A DNA stretch of 64,000 nt, taken from assembly GCA_028534125.1 (NCBI GenBank), contig CM052816.1:77316001-77380000 (forward strand). Reading direction: 5' to 3'. Position numbers and translations under genes: made by a program. This DNA comes from Lama glama. Lineage: Eukaryota. Shown in pieces: positions 62,641-64,000 of the stretch (position 1 is the stretch's first letter; each line of letters opens with the position of its first letter). The notes under the pieces are model-generated. The model saw only the letters and a program-made list of their open reading frames with translations. It was not told the origin of the DNA and made no database searches.

Positions 62641-64000
62641 GACTCATGTCAGAGAGCCAGTTTGTGTTGTCTGCTTTTTCAGTAAAGATTGAGAAGTTTC
62701 TGTCTGGGAAGCTACTTGGAATAACAGTTTTAGAATTAGAAAGGCAAATCCAGACAGACTCTAGGTGACTGACTTAATTAATAGATCATTGTTTTTGCAT
62801 ATCATACAAGTTGTTGACAGCATTTTTTATAATAATGGGCCTGATTGTGATTAGAATATTAGATTAACAGTATCTCAATGCTAAGTTATTTCTGCTGCTT
62901 CTCTAATAAGATAATACTGATAAGAAAATTGAAAAGCATTGTGAACTGTAATTGAGATTCACAAGGTTGACTTCAGCAAAATGAGAAATCCAGAGATTTG
63001 TCTTAATAAAAATGACCATTATTGTTGTTATCTATCATTACTATAATTATTATCATTGTTTGTCCTTAATTATAAAAACAATAAAGCTTATCTACCCACA
63101 GAGAAAAAAAAAGAAAATTGAAAAGCAAATTAGATGAATAGAAGAGGGGGAGGTGGATGCATCGGAAAGCCTTTGAGCACCTACCATGTGCAAGAGAGGC
63201 TGTGAAATGATAGTGGAGCTGTGCATGAAAAGATTTGGGCTCTTTTGCAACTTTCTACTAAATGAAAGTGTGAGAAATTAAGTTTTCTCCAGATCTTAAG
63301 ATGCTTTAAAAAGTATACGTATAAAGCAAACAAGATATTTAACACACGTCATTTAATAAGCTTCTAATTGACAAGGGCAAGCACAAAAGTCAGTCTTTGT
63401 AAGATTTTTAATCTCTGAGTTTCTTAAAACAACCTAAAATTTTGGATTTGTCTGAGGCAGAATAAATAACATGGATCCTATAAAAGAGCTGGGAAAGCAC
63501 CTGTCTCCCGATGTAAGACGCAAAGGGCGCGGAGGTTGTGGGTAAAGACGTAGCAGCTTTGAAAGATAAATAAGACTGATGAAATTTTTTTCTAGCTGAA
63601 AAGTTTCTAGAATGCAAGTTAACATTGTCCTCAAGCGTCTTTTAGCTGGAGAGAAATGCACATGACAGTGGGAGCTTAGGGGAACTTCCCAGGTATACGA
63701 TGAAAAAGTGTACTATGAAGAAAGCGTGTTTGCGTTTCACCTTTTCATTTGTGATTGTGGTTGTTACTGACTTCAGCTTGAAATACTGGCTATGACTTGG
63801 GCTTTGAGGAGTAGCCCACTGCTATTTAGATAAAATGTAAATGGCTTGTCCTTTTCCGGGAGGGAAGCAGTTTAATAGGTGAGTGTTTCCTTAACAAAAT
63901 ATTCTCATGTTTCATAATTTTAAGTTACTACATTGTGACATCTTGAAACATTTGAAGGAACTGTGTTCTTGGCAGCCTCAGCTCTGTGTGGTTGCCCTAC

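Noticed and set aside
63424..63465. Peptide LKQPKILDLSEAE resembling the expected start of the next LIFR exon (PEILNLS)
   Set aside because: Stop at 63463, no in-phase acceptor and no continuing similarity; the true exon probably lies past the window end.
1..64000. CRISPR array, operon or prokaryotic-type novel system
   Set aside because: The sequence is clearly mammalian (spliced LIFR exons, MIR/L2/L1/MER repeats); there are no regularly spaced repeat-spacer arrays or gene clusters.

Overview
Mammalian genomic DNA, most likely camelid (two young tRNA-derived SINEs resemble camelid vic-1), containing the 5' part of LIFR (leukemia inhibitory factor receptor) on the + strand. It holds ~34 kb of repeat-rich upstream DNA, a CpG-island promoter with a probable non-coding first exon (~34.0-35.0 kb), a ~21.5 kb first intron, and three coding exons (56140-56281, 58028-58142, 60579-60703) that splice in frame to give the long signal peptide and first extracellular domain. 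The next exon is not in the window. The rest is mostly ancient and lineage-specific transposable elements; family calls are by eye and boundaries are approximate. I see no evidence of a new multi-gene biological system. The most interesting observations are: a strong-Kozak micro-uORF predicted to be in frame with the LIFR CDS; a competing frameshifting donor in the first coding exon; in-frame deletions in the third coding exon; a 155-bp locally templated insertion inside a MER20; a CR1/L3 reverse-transcriptase fossil with a long open frame; a candidate FOX:ETS/SOX/GATA enhancer; and a candidate distal TATA promoter. Comparisons with human/mouse LIFR are from memory and need verifying by alignment.
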